A DNA stretch of 64,000 nucleotides from contig OZ253545.1 of assembly GCA_965262615.1 (NCBI GenBank), positions 800,001 through 864,000 on the forward strand, given 5' to 3'. The stretch is from Alphaproteobacteria bacterium (GTDB lineage Bacteria; Pseudomonadota; Alphaproteobacteria; GM7ARS4; G965262615). The position numbers and the translations under genes were made by a program. Below, piece by piece: positions 47,684-56,854 of this stretch (its first letter is position 1; the number at the start of each line of letters is the position of its first letter). The notes beneath the pieces were generated by a model. That model was not told the origin of the DNA, searched no databases, and worked only from the letters and a program-made list of their open reading frames with translations.

Positions 47684-48633
47684 AGGAATTTGAGCGGGAA
47701 TTTGAGTGGATTGACCGCTATTTCAAACCTTTGGCTCACGATGATGAGGCATACACCTCGTTCAATCTCAGTGATGACGGCGCGCTGCTGGATGGTCATG
47801 TTGTTGTGACGGATTCTCTTTTTGAGGGAACGCATTTTTTGGCGAATGATGACCCCGAACAAGTGGCGCGTTTGTTGAGCCGAGTGAATGTGTCTGATTG
47901 TGCGGCGATGGGGGCGCGTCCGTTGTGTTACTGGCTCAATGTGGGCGTGCCGCGTGTCTCGGCTCAGCGATGGATGGAAGCTCTGGCGCGTGGATTGGCA
48001 CATGAGCAAAAAATCTACGGCATGACTCTGATGGGAGGCGATTGCGGCGTGGTGTCACAGCATGTGGCACTCTCCATGACGCTGGTGGGGCATCTGGAGG
48101 GGCGCGCTGTGCGCCGCAGTGGGGTGCAGCCCAATGATGTGATTGCCGTCACAGGCACGCTGGGCGATGGCGGATTTGCGTGGCATCTGGCAAGCGGCGG
48201 GCAGGACGATGGCGATTGCGATTTTTTTCATCGCGCCCGATTGCTGCCCTCGCCTCCCGTCACCTTTGCCACACAGGCGGCGCATGTGCTGCATGGCGCG
48301 GTGGATGTCTCGGACGGTCTGTGGGCGGATATCACTCATCTTGCCACCGCCAGTGGCGTTGGAATTGATATCAGGTTGGAGGACTTGCCTCTGTCGCCAC
48401 AGCTCATCCAAGCCGTTGCCCTTGATGATGCCTATCAATACGCCTTGACGGGCGGCGGCGATTATCAATTGGTTGTGGCGGTGGCGCGTGACAATTGGCA
48501 ACAGCTGAAAACCATCGCACAAAACAATCAGGTGACCATCACGCCAATTGGTGCGGCGCGCAAAGGCAAAGGGGTCACATTGCAGCATGGGCGACTCGCC
48601 GAATTTCATCGGACGGGCTTTCAGCATTTTTGA
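47680..48633 (+). CDS. thiL: Thiamine-monophosphate kinase
   Basis: EFEWI, DDGA, N.SD.AAMG, GGD, D.SDGL, GG.DY.L, GFQHF. Confidence 0.93.
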   Translation: MKEFEREFEWIDRYFKPLAHDDEAYTSFNLSDDGALLDGHVVVTDSLFEGTHFLANDDPEQVARLLSRVNVSDCAAMGARPLCYWLNVGVPRVSAQRWMEALARGLAHEQKIYGMTLMGGDCGVVSQHVALSMTLVGHLEGRAVRRSGVQPNDVIAVTGTLGDGGFAWHLASGGQDDGDCDFFHRARLLPSPPVTFATQAAHVLHGAVDVSDGLWADITHLATASGVGIDIRLEDLPLSPQLIQAVALDDAYQYALTGGGDYQLVVAVARDNWQQLKTIAQNNQVTITPIGAARKGKGVTLQHGRLAEFHRTGFQHF

Positions 48634-48723
48634 TGCGCGCCTCTTGTCATTGCCTCTTGTCATTGTGTCTTGCTTTTGGCATGGTGACGGCATCAATTCA
48701 GCAATTCAAAAGGAGTTTTGTTT

Positions 48724-50847
48724 ATGCACCATGTTCTTCCCGTTTATGATCTTATGACTTTGGTTTTTCTGTGTGGCGTGGCAGCCCTCGTGTTTGGCGG
48801 CTGGCTGATTAGGTCTGTGATGGCTTTGCCCAGTGGCGATAAAAAAATGCTTGCCATTGGCTCTGCCATTCAGGAAGGTGCGGCGGCTTATTTGCAGCGT
48901 CAATACACCACAATTGCTGTTGTGGGGGTTGCGGTGGGCATTGTGATTGCACTCACTTTGGGTGTGTATGCGGCGGGTGGTTATGTTTTGGGTGCGGTGC
49001 TGTCGGGCTTGGCGGGATTCATCGGGATGCATGTTTCTGTGCGCGCCAACATGCGTACCGCTCAAGCCGCTCGCAAGGGACTGGCTCAAGGACTCTCGGT
49101 GGCGTTTCGTTCTGGTGCGGTCACGGGATTGCTCGTCGTGGGATTGGGACTGCTGGGAATTGTTTCCTACTATCTTTTTTTGCAGGAACATCTCAACATG
49201 GCTCATGATCCATCAGCATTGCGTGAAATTTTGGAATCTCTCATCGCTATGAGTTTTGGCGCGTCTCTGATTTCCATCTTTGCTCGCTTGGGCGGGGGTA
49301 TTTTCACCAAAGGTGCGGATGTGGGCGCGGATTTGGTGGGAAAAATTGAAGCGGGAATTCCCGAAGATGACCCTCGCAATCCCGCCGTCATTGCCGATAA
49401 TGTGGGCGACAATGTGGGCGACTGCGCCGGCATGGCGGCTGACCTTTTTGAAACCTACATCGTCACGCTGGTTGCCACCATGCTGATGGCTGCCATCACC
49501 TTCAGTGCGCCGCCCGCGCAAATCATCATGATGAACTATCCTTTGGTGATTGGTGCGGTGTGCATCATTGCCTCCATCGTGGGATGCCTTGCCGTGCGCT
49601 TGGGGCGCAGCAAAAATGTCATGGCAGCTTTGACCAAAGGATTTCTTGTGAGTGCCATTTTATCCGCCATTTTGATCGCCATCGCCACCGACTATGCCGT
49701 GGGCTTGAGTGCCGTCTATGGCATTGATGGCTCGTCATCGTTGAGTGGCTGGCACTTGGTGTGGGCGGCTTGGGTCGGACTCGCCGTGACCGCTCTCATC
49801 GTTCGGATTACCGAATACTACACCGGAACCGATTATCGTCCCGTTCGCTCCGTTGCGGGGGCATCACAGACGGGGCACGCCACCAACATCATTCAAGGGC
49901 TTGCCGTCTCTATGGAAGCCACCGCATTGCCTGTGGTGATTATTTGTCTGGGCATTTTGGTGTCCCATTTGGTGGCGGGAATTTTTGGCATTGCGGTTGC
50001 CGCCACAGCCATGCTGGCGTTGGCGGGCATGGTGGTGGCGTTGGATGCCTACGGTCCTGTCACCGACAATGCCGGTGGTATTGCCGAGATGGCACAGCTG
50101 CCCAGCAATGTGCGTGAGACCACCGATGCTTTGGATGCCGTGGGCAACACCACCAAAGCCGTCACCAAAGGCTATGCCATCGGCTCGGCGGGATTGGCGG
50201 CAGTGGTGCTCTTTTCCGCTTACACCCATGATGCAGGGCATTACTTCCCCGACATCACCCTCTCTTTTGAACTGATTGACCCCTATGTGGTGGTGGGACT
50301 GTTCATCGGCGGCTTGCTGCCCTATCTGTTTGGTGCGATGAGCATGATGGCGGTGGGCAAAGCGGCGGCGGCGGTGGTGCAAGAGGTGCGCCATCAATTC
50401 AAGACCATCAAGGGAATCATGCAGGGCAAAGCCAAGCCCGCCTATGGCAAGGCGGTGGATATTCTCACCAAAGCCGCCATCAAAGAAATGATGCTGCCGT
50501 CATTGTTGCCCGTTGCCGCGCCTTTTGTTGTGTTCGGTGTCATTCATCTCATTGCTGGCGAAGCCGCCGCTCTCACCACACTGGGCGCATTGCTGTTGGG
50601 CACGATTGTCACGGGGCTGTTTCTTGCCATCTCCATGACTTCGGGCGGTGGCGCATGGGACAACGCCAAAAAATACATTGAAGATGGAAATCTGGGAGGC
50701 AAAGGCTCGGACAGTCACAAAGCCGCCGTCACCGGAGATACCGTGGGTGACCCCTATAAAGACACCGCGGGCCCTGCCATCAATCCCATGATTAAAATCA
50801 TCAATATTGTCGCCTTGTTGCTGCTTGCCACACTGGGTCATGGCTGA
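48724..50847 (+). CDS. hppA: Membrane-bound H+-translocating pyrophosphatase (probably K+-independent)
   Basis: [41 protein letters not shown] (Lys variant), [10 protein letters not shown]. Confidence 0.96.
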   Translation: MHHVLPVYDLMTLVFLCGVAALVFGGWLIRSVMALPSGDKKMLAIGSAIQEGAAAYLQRQYTTIAVVGVAVGIVIALTLGVYAAGGYVLGAVLSGLAGFIGMHVSVRANMRTAQAARKGLAQGLSVAFRSGAVTGLLVVGLGLLGIVSYYLFLQEHLNMAHDPSALREILESLIAMSFGASLISIFARLGGGIFTKGADVGADLVGKIEAGIPEDDPRNPAVIADNVGDNVGDCAGMAADLFETYIVTLVATMLMAAITFSAPPAQIIMMNYPLVIGAVCIIASIVGCLAVRLGRSKNVMAALTKGFLVSAILSAILIAIATDYAVGLSAVYGIDGSSSLSGWHLVWAAWVGLAVTALIVRITEYYTGTDYRPVRSVAGASQTGHATNIIQGLAVSMEATALPVVIICLGILVSHLVAGIFGIAVAATAMLALAGMVVALDAYGPVTDNAGGIAEMAQLPSNVRETTDALDAVGNTTKAVTKGYAIGSAGLAAVVLFSAYTHDAGHYFPDITLSFELIDPYVVVGLFIGGLLPYLFGAMSMMAVGKAAAAVVQEVRHQFKTIKGIMQGKAKPAYGKAVDILTKAAIKEMMLPSLLPVAAPFVVFGVIHLIAGEAAALTTLGALLLGTIVTGLFLAISMTSGGGAWDNAKKYIEDGNLGGKGSDSHKAAVTGDTVGDPYKDTAGPAINPMIKIINIVALLLLATLGHG

Positions 50848-51631
50848 TGGCTTGCGTCTGACAGCGTCATCGCGCATCCTCATCACCAACGATGATGGCA
50901 TTGACGCAAGAGGCATCACGGCATTGGAGACAGTGGCGCGCTCTCTCAGCGATGATGTGTGGGTGGTTGCCCCTCGCCGTGAGCAAAGCGGCATGAGCCA
51001 TGCTTTGACGCTTCGTCACCCCATCCGTTTTGAGCCCGTGGGTGAGCGGCGGTATGTTGTTGATGGCACGCCCAGTGATGGCATTTTTATCGCCATGCGC
51101 CATTTGTTTGCAACCCACAAGCCTGACTTGGTGCTGTCGGGATTCAATGAAGGTGTCAATGTGGGCAATGATGTCATTTATTCCGCCACTGTGGCGGCGG
51201 CGCGCGAGGCTGCCTTCATGGGAATCCCTGCGTTGGCACTCAGTCAAGCGATGGGGGACAATCACACTTATGATTTTTCTCTTGCCTCCACCACCCTTCC
51301 TGTTTTGCTGCGTCAATTGGAGGGCTATGACTTTCCCCATCACATGGTGCTCAATGTGAATTTTCCTCAGCCATCGGCAAAAGAGGCGCGCATGGAGCTG
51401 TGTCCCCATGGCTTGGATGTGCGTGTCGCCGACATGGAGCAGCGTCATGACCCCAGAGGCGTGCCGTATTTTTGGATTGGCATCGCGCACCATCTCAAGC
51501 ACAGCGATGAGAACAGTGACATTGCGGCATTGGCGCGCGGCAACATCGCCATCTCGCCCTTAGCGTCTCATTTGAACCAAGCACACACACTCAAAGCACT
51601 CGCCGACTTTATGCCTTCATCGCTTGTCTGA
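50840..51631 (+). CDS. surE: 5'/3'-nucleotidase SurE
   Basis: [32 protein letters not shown]. Confidence 0.95.
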   Translation: MADGLRLTASSRILITNDDGIDARGITALETVARSLSDDVWVVAPRREQSGMSHALTLRHPIRFEPVGERRYVVDGTPSDGIFIAMRHLFATHKPDLVLSGFNEGVNVGNDVIYSATVAAAREAAFMGIPALALSQAMGDNHTYDFSLASTTLPVLLRQLEGYDFPHHMVLNVNFPQPSAKEARMELCPHGLDVRVADMEQRHDPRGVPYFWIGIAHHLKHSDENSDIAALARGNIAISPLASHLNQAHTLKALADFMPSSLV

Positions 51632-51658
51632 TGGCTCGCTATCCAGTATCCTTGTGAG

Positions 51659-52588
51659 ATGAAAAACACTGTTTTCCTGTTTGTGTGTGTGTTGGTGGGA
51701 TGGTCTTGTGCACCCAAAGAGCCTCCCACTTTTGCCTCTGTCGCCATTGAAGATTTATTGCCCCCTTCCTCCAGCTATGAACAAAAACCAGAGCCAGAAA
51801 TAGTGTCAGAAGTGGATGTGTCTCCCGAAGTTGATGCGCCGCCACCGCAAGGTCAATTGATGCAAGAAATCACCGTCCGTCTTGGCGATACTCTGTGGAG
51901 CTTGTCGCAGCTGCATCGGTTGTCGGTGGACCGATTGATTGACATCAATGGACTTGAAGACCCCTACAATATTTTTGAAGGAGACATATTGCTCGTGCCC
52001 AAAAAGGATGAGCCTCAGGTTGCTCCAATAGCTCAAACATACAGGGTGCAAACGGGGGATACATTTTACAGCATCGCCCGCCGTCATGGCGTTTCTTTGT
52101 CTCATGTGTGGCAAGCCAATGGCATGAGTGAAAGCACCATCCTGCGAGAAGGAATGGTGTTGACCATTCCCGCCAAAGGGATGATGGTGTCGCCACCACA
52201 AAAGGAGATGACGGCGTCATCGGTTTTTGTTTTTCCCGTTCATGAACTGCTTGAGCCGCGCAATTTTCCCAGTGGTGATGAGGGAATGGACATCGTCACC
52301 CGCCGTGGCGCGGCGGTGCGCTCCATCGCCGAGGGCGATGTGATTTATGCCGGTAACGATGTGGAGGGATATGGCAATTTGTTGCTGATTCGCCACAACG
52401 ATGGATGGGTGTCGGCGTATGGTCACAATGAATCGCTGATGGTGGGTGAGGGCGATCGCGTCATGCGAGGGCAAACCATTGCTCGTGCGGGAACATCCGG
52501 TTCATCGGACATTGCCGAGCTCTATTTTGAATTGCGCCGTTATAATCGTGTGGTCAATCCGCGTCCCTATTTAGAACCATCACCGTGA
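51659..52588 (+). CDS. nlpD: LysM/M23 lipoprotein NlpD-like
   Basis: Lipobox-like GWSC, two LysM repeats (GDTL/GDTF), M23 core YGNLLLIRH...AYGHN...FELR with degenerate Zn ligands. Confidence 0.85.
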   Translation: MKNTVFLFVCVLVGWSCAPKEPPTFASVAIEDLLPPSSSYEQKPEPEIVSEVDVSPEVDAPPPQGQLMQEITVRLGDTLWSLSQLHRLSVDRLIDINGLEDPYNIFEGDILLVPKKDEPQVAPIAQTYRVQTGDTFYSIARRHGVSLSHVWQANGMSESTILREGMVLTIPAKGMMVSPPQKEMTASSVFVFPVHELLEPRNFPSGDEGMDIVTRRGAAVRSIAEGDVIYAGNDVEGYGNLLLIRHNDGWVSAYGHNESLMVGEGDRVMRGQTIARAGTSGSSDIAELYFELRRYNRVVNPRPYLEPSP

Positions 52589-52896
52589 CGGCGGCTTTGC
52601 GCCCAATTCCGAGCACTTCTGCCTGATCGTCCCCAATTTATTGCCCATTGGTCGGCATCCTCATACCACTCGCCCTCATCGCCATCAAGGTCACACAAGG
52701 CGGCGTGATGTCGCACCATTTTCGGGTGGTCAATCCGTGTCCCTATTTAGAACCATCACCATGACGGCGGCTTTGCGCCCAATTCCTAGCACTTCTGCCT
52801 GAGCGTCCCCGATTTATTGCCCATTGGTCGGCATCCTCATACCACTCGCCCTCATCGCCATCAAGGTCACACAAGGCGGCATGATGCCGCACCATT
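52550..52896. repeat. ~171-bp tandem duplication (period 176) of the convergent nlpD/ATPase 3' ends
   Basis: Copies at 52550-52720 and 52726-52896 differ by 7 substitutions. Confidence 0.95.
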
Positions 52897-53531
52897 GCGC
52901 GCCATGTGGTATCATCGCAGTGATGAAATCCCAACTGCAACCCAAAGCGATCGCTCAATGCCAGACGGTCATTGCGCGCATCGCTCGCATGAGGATCAAT
53001 GGTGCTGACACTGGCATCGCTTGCCGTCTGTTGCAGATGGCGCAGGTTGGAGGTGACATAAAACGCAAATAATGGCGGCGTCACCGTCAAGCTGCCTTCC
53101 AAGATGGTCTTGAAGGGATGGGCTTCATGGCTGTCAAAGGCGACATCATCACAAAAAATGATAAAGGGAGTGTGATGAAAAGGAGACAATTTACATAAGA
53201 GGCTGTCCAAGCGTGTTATATCACGATGGTGTAACTGGATGAGAATGACAGAGGGCTTGTCAATCGTATTGACATGGTGATGGACGGATTGCACCAGAGC
53301 GCTTTTTCCCATGCCGTGTGCCCCCCATAGCAAAGCATGTTGAGCCTTATAGCCTTTTTGTAGCCTTTGCGTGTTGGTAAGCAATAGTTGCTTTTCTTTA
53401 TCAACGCCGACAATTAAGTCCCATGCCAGAGGCTTTTCATTGTTTGCCTCGTGAAATTCATCCTTTTCGCCATGCCAGATGACGCGTGTGCCGTGATTCC
53501 ACTTTTTTGCCGTGTCATTGTCATTATTCAT
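52743..53531 (-). CDS. DUF815-family AAA+ ATPase
   Basis: LLWGA.GMGKS, FCDD..F, K..LEG, TSN.RHL, LSDRFGL.LGF, RSGR.A. Confidence 0.88.
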   Translation of the reverse strand: MNNDNDTAKKWNHGTRVIWHGEKDEFHEANNEKPLAWDLIVGVDKEKQLLLTNTQRLQKGYKAQHALLWGAHGMGKSALVQSVHHHVNTIDKPSVILIQLHHRDITRLDSLLCKLSPFHHTPFIIFCDDVAFDSHEAHPFKTILEGSLTVTPPLFAFYVTSNLRHLQQTASDASVSTIDPHASDARNDRLALSDRFGLQLGFHHCDDTTWRAMVRHHAALCDLDGDEGEWYEDADQWAINRGRSGRSARNWAQSRRHGDGSK

Positions 53532-53928
53532 GGATGATGTCTCCCCATATCACGCGCACTCCCGCGCTCACGCCGTGTTCGCGAAACCATCCCTCATTGA
53601 CTTCAAGGGCGTAGCGAGCGGGCATCAGAGCACAGTGGCTGTCATCACGCAAAGGCTTCATGGATTCTATATTAATTATAATGCCCTCGCTGTCAAGGAA
53701 TGCCACGCTCAAAGGAATGTAGGTGTTACGCATCCACATGCAGTGGCGTTGGTCGGTATCAAAAACAAAGAGCATGGCGTGGTCGGCGGGCAAAGAAAAG
53801 CGGTGCATGAGTCCTTGCTGGCGTTTGGCAGGAGAGTCGGCAATCTCAGTGTGAAGAATATGGGTGTTAATGTGCAGCGTCATGCTGGCATCGCTCATTG
53901 CCAGCAATGCCAAGCCGAGAAATGTCAC
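53524..53928 (-). CDS. DUF192-family protein
   Basis: EIAD...R..GLM.R, MLFVF, WMRNT.IPL, ALEVN.GWF; start uncertain (GTG 53928 chosen). Confidence 0.85.
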   Translation of the reverse strand: MTFLGLALLAMSDASMTLHINTHILHTEIADSPAKRQQGLMHRFSLPADHAMLFVFDTDQRHCMWMRNTYIPLSVAFLDSEGIIINIESMKPLRDDSHCALMPARYALEVNEGWFREHGVSAGVRVIWGDIIHE

Positions 53929-53945
53929 GCGATGAGGCGCGGATA

Positions 53946-53973
53946 TTGCATTTTGCAGGCGGTGCTTTATAGT
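53946..53973 (+). promoter_or_regulatory. Candidate sigma70 promoter of yajC-secD-secF
   Basis: TTGCAT-N16-TATAGT. Confidence 0.45.
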
Positions 53974-54018
53974 GCGGCTCATGGAATTGCGGCTTATGGA
54001 ATTGCGGCTTATGGAATT
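53974..54018. repeat. 15-bp tandem repeat x3 at the yajC 5' end
   Basis: gcggct(c/t)atggaatt at 53974, 53989 and 54004. Confidence 0.93.
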
Positions 54019-54022
54019 GTTC

Positions 54023-54340
54023 ATGTCATCTCCTTTGTGGGCGCAGAGCACCGCCGCGCCGCCGCCACCTGGGTTGTTGGATTTGTTGATGCCCTTCATG
54101 CTCATCATGTTGGTCTTCTATTTCCTTCTCATACGCCCTCAGCAAAAAAGACTCAAGGAGCATCAAGAATTGCTGGCACGACTCAAAAAAGGCGATGTGG
54201 TGGTGACGGCGGGCGGCTTGATTGTCACCGTCATCAAGGTGCGCGACACCGATGTGCAGGTCAAGCTGGGTGATGATGTCACCGTTGCCATTGTCAAAGA
54301 CAGCATCACCTCCATTCACGGTGGCGGGCAAAAGCCATGA
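54023..54340 (+). CDS. yajC: Preprotein translocase subunit YajC
   Basis: FYFLLIRPQQKR, LKKGD.VVTAGG; alternative in-frame ATGs lie inside the upstream repeat. Confidence 0.93.
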   Translation: MSSPLWAQSTAAPPPPGLLDLLMPFMLIMLVFYFLLIRPQQKRLKEHQELLARLKKGDVVVTAGGLIVTVIKVRDTDVQVKLGDDVTVAIVKDSITSIHGGGQKP

Positions 54341-55920
54341 CTTATTTTTCTCGCTGGAAAACCATTGTCATTGTGACCATTTGTCTGTGGGGTGTCATGA
54401 TGGCATTGCCTGCCCTGTTGCCGTCATCGGTGACTGATTCTTTGCCCTCGTGGCTGCGGACGCAAAAAATCAATCTCGGATTGGATTTGCGCGGCGGTGC
54501 ACATCTGTTGTTGGAAGCCGATGTGAATCATGTGGTCAAGGAACGCTACGATGCTCTTGTGGATGGTGTGCGCCGTCATTTGCGCGAGCAAAAAGTCGGA
54601 TACAAAGGACTCGCCCGCCGTAGTGATTCCGTCACCTTCACCCTCACCCAGCCCGCCATGAGCGATGATGTGCGCTCCTTGCTGCGTCAACGCATCAATA
54701 CCACCAACGACTACCGCATTGATGTGGATGGCGCGGGGACATTCTCCATCTATTTTACCGATATTGCCCTTCGGGATCTCATCACCAGCGTCATGGAGCA
54801 ATCCATTGAGGTGGTGCGCTCGCGTGTTGATGCCACAGGCACCAGTGAGCCCATCATTCAGCGACAGGGCAAGGATCGCATTCTTGTGCAATTGCCCGGA
54901 GAAGACCCCGCGCGCATCAAAAGTCTGCTGGGGAAAACCGCCAAACTCACCTTCCACATGCTGGATCAAGCCACCATTGAACTGGTGAAACAGCGAGAAG
55001 GGAGCGTTCCGTCTCGTGCCTTTATTGCCCTTGCGTATAATCCTTTAGACCCCGAACAAGAATATGTGGTGCGTAAAAAAATAGAACTCTCCGGCGAGCG
55101 ATTGGAAAACGCCGTTGCCAGCTTTGATACTCAAGGACGCGGCTATGTTGTCAATATGAAGTTTGATGGTTTGGGGGCGCGCCAGTTTGCGCGCATCACC
55201 AAGGATAATGTGGGCAAACGCTTTGCCGTCTTGTTGGATGGCAGGGTGATTACCGCACCTGTCATTCGTGAGGCTATTCCTGGCGGCAATGCTCAAATCA
55301 GCGGACAGTTCTCGGCGCAAGAAGTCAATGACTTGGCATTGTTGTTGCGAGCGGGAGCTCTGCCTGCCCCCCTTGCTATTTTGGAGGAACGCTCTGTGGG
55401 TCCCAGTCTTGGGGCGGATTCTGTTGAAGCGGGTCGCATCGCCAGCATCATCGGACTGATTTGCGTGTTGCTGTGGATGGCGGTTTTTTATGGTTTATTC
55501 GGTCTTTTTACCAACACCGCCCTTGTGGTGAATTTGGCACTGTTGGTGGCATCATTGGCGTTTGTGGGGGCGACTCTCACGCTGCCCGGCATTGCTGGAA
55601 TTGTGCTCACCATCGGCATGGCGGTGGATGCCAATGTCCTCGTCTTTGAGCGCATTCGCGAAGAACTGCGTAACGGCAGAACGCCCGTCAATGCCGTGGA
55701 TAAAGGATACGCACGCGCCTTTGATACCATCATTGATGCCAATCTCACCACCTTCATCGCCGCCGTGTTATTGTATCTGTTTGGCTCTGGCCCTGTGAAA
55801 GGATTTGCCGTCACATTGTCCATCGGCATTGCCACCTCCATGTTTACCGCCATCATGGTGACCCGTCTCATGGTGGTGACCTGGTTGCGGCGGTATCGTC
55901 CTGAAAAACTTCCCTTGTAG
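54337..55920 (+). CDS. secD: Protein translocase subunit SecD
   Basis: LGLDLRGG, LRAGALPAPL, GPSLG, GMAVDANV. Confidence 0.97.
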   Translation: MTYFSRWKTIVIVTICLWGVMMALPALLPSSVTDSLPSWLRTQKINLGLDLRGGAHLLLEADVNHVVKERYDALVDGVRRHLREQKVGYKGLARRSDSVTFTLTQPAMSDDVRSLLRQRINTTNDYRIDVDGAGTFSIYFTDIALRDLITSVMEQSIEVVRSRVDATGTSEPIIQRQGKDRILVQLPGEDPARIKSLLGKTAKLTFHMLDQATIELVKQREGSVPSRAFIALAYNPLDPEQEYVVRKKIELSGERLENAVASFDTQGRGYVVNMKFDGLGARQFARITKDNVGKRFAVLLDGRVITAPVIREAIPGGNAQISGQFSAQEVNDLALLLRAGALPAPLAILEERSVGPSLGADSVEAGRIASIIGLICVLLWMAVFYGLFGLFTNTALVVNLALLVASLAFVGATLTLPGIAGIVLTIGMAVDANVLVFERIREELRNGRTPVNAVDKGYARAFDTIIDANLTTFIAAVLLYLFGSGPVKGFAVTLSIGIATSMFTAIMVTRLMVVTWLRRYRPEKLPL

Positions 55921-55928
55921 GTGGCGTT

Positions 55929-56837
55929 ATGTTTCCTTTGCGTCTTATTCATCAAGAACCCACGATTCCTTTCATGCGCTTTTATCGCTGGACGCTCGGT
56001 CTGTCGGCGGTGGTGGTGGTGCTGTCCTTGTCGTTGTTTGCCACCAGGGGATTGGATTTGGGAATTGATTTTCGCGGCGGCATCTTGCTGGAAGTGGGAT
56101 ATGATCAAGCTCCCGATGTTGTCATGTTGCGTGATGAGCTCAATGCCTTGCGCCTGGGGCGCAGTAACATTCAGACCTTTGGCAATGATGAGACCATTCT
56201 CATTCGTGTGCAGCGTCAAGAGGGCGGTGATGAGGCACAGCTCAGTGCCATTGACAAAATCAAAACCATGGTGGGCAATGGCGTGGATTATCGCCGCACC
56301 GAATTCGTCGGTCCTGTCATTGGCAGCGAACTGGTGGCAAAGGCTCAAGCCGCCGTGCTGTATGCACTGCTGGCGATTTTGCTTTATATTTGGTTTCGCT
56401 TTGATGGAATTTATTTTGCCTCGGCTGCCATCATTGCCCTGGTGCATGACATCATCGCCACAATAGGGTTGTTTTCCTTATTGCAGTTGGAATTTAACCT
56501 TGCCACCATTGCGGCATTGCTCACCATTGCCGGGTATTCCATCAATGACACGGTGGTGGTGTATGATCGCATTCGCGAAAATCTGCGGCGGTATCGCACC
56601 TCGCCGATGGAGACCATTTTGAATCGTTCCATCAATGGAACGCTGGCGCGCACGCTCATGACCAGTCTCACCACTTTGCTCGCCTTGTTGGCATTGTTCT
56701 TTTTTGGTGGCGAGGTGCTGCGCGGCTTCATCTTTGCCATGATGTGGGGCGTGCTCATTGGCACATGGTCATCCATTTTTGTCGCCGCGCCCTTGCTTCA
56801 GTTGTTCGGATTGAATCCTCGCGACATTCAATCGTGA
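55929..56837 (+). CDS. secF: Protein translocase subunit SecF
   Basis: LGIDFRGG, EFVGP, GYSINDTVVVYDRIRE. Confidence 0.97.
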   Translation: MFPLRLIHQEPTIPFMRFYRWTLGLSAVVVVLSLSLFATRGLDLGIDFRGGILLEVGYDQAPDVVMLRDELNALRLGRSNIQTFGNDETILIRVQRQEGGDEAQLSAIDKIKTMVGNGVDYRRTEFVGPVIGSELVAKAQAAVLYALLAILLYIWFRFDGIYFASAAIIALVHDIIATIGLFSLLQLEFNLATIAALLTIAGYSINDTVVVYDRIRENLRRYRTSPMETILNRSINGTLARTLMTSLTTLLALLALFFFGGEVLRGFIFAMMWGVLIGTWSSIFVAAPLLQLFGLNPRDIQS

Positions 56838-56854
56838 CACCAATGGTGTCGCCA

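Noticed and set aside
52550-52896. Diversity-generating retroelement TR/VR pair (also considered for the lspA duplication)
   Set aside because: Differences are not adenine-specific and there is no reverse transcriptase in the window.
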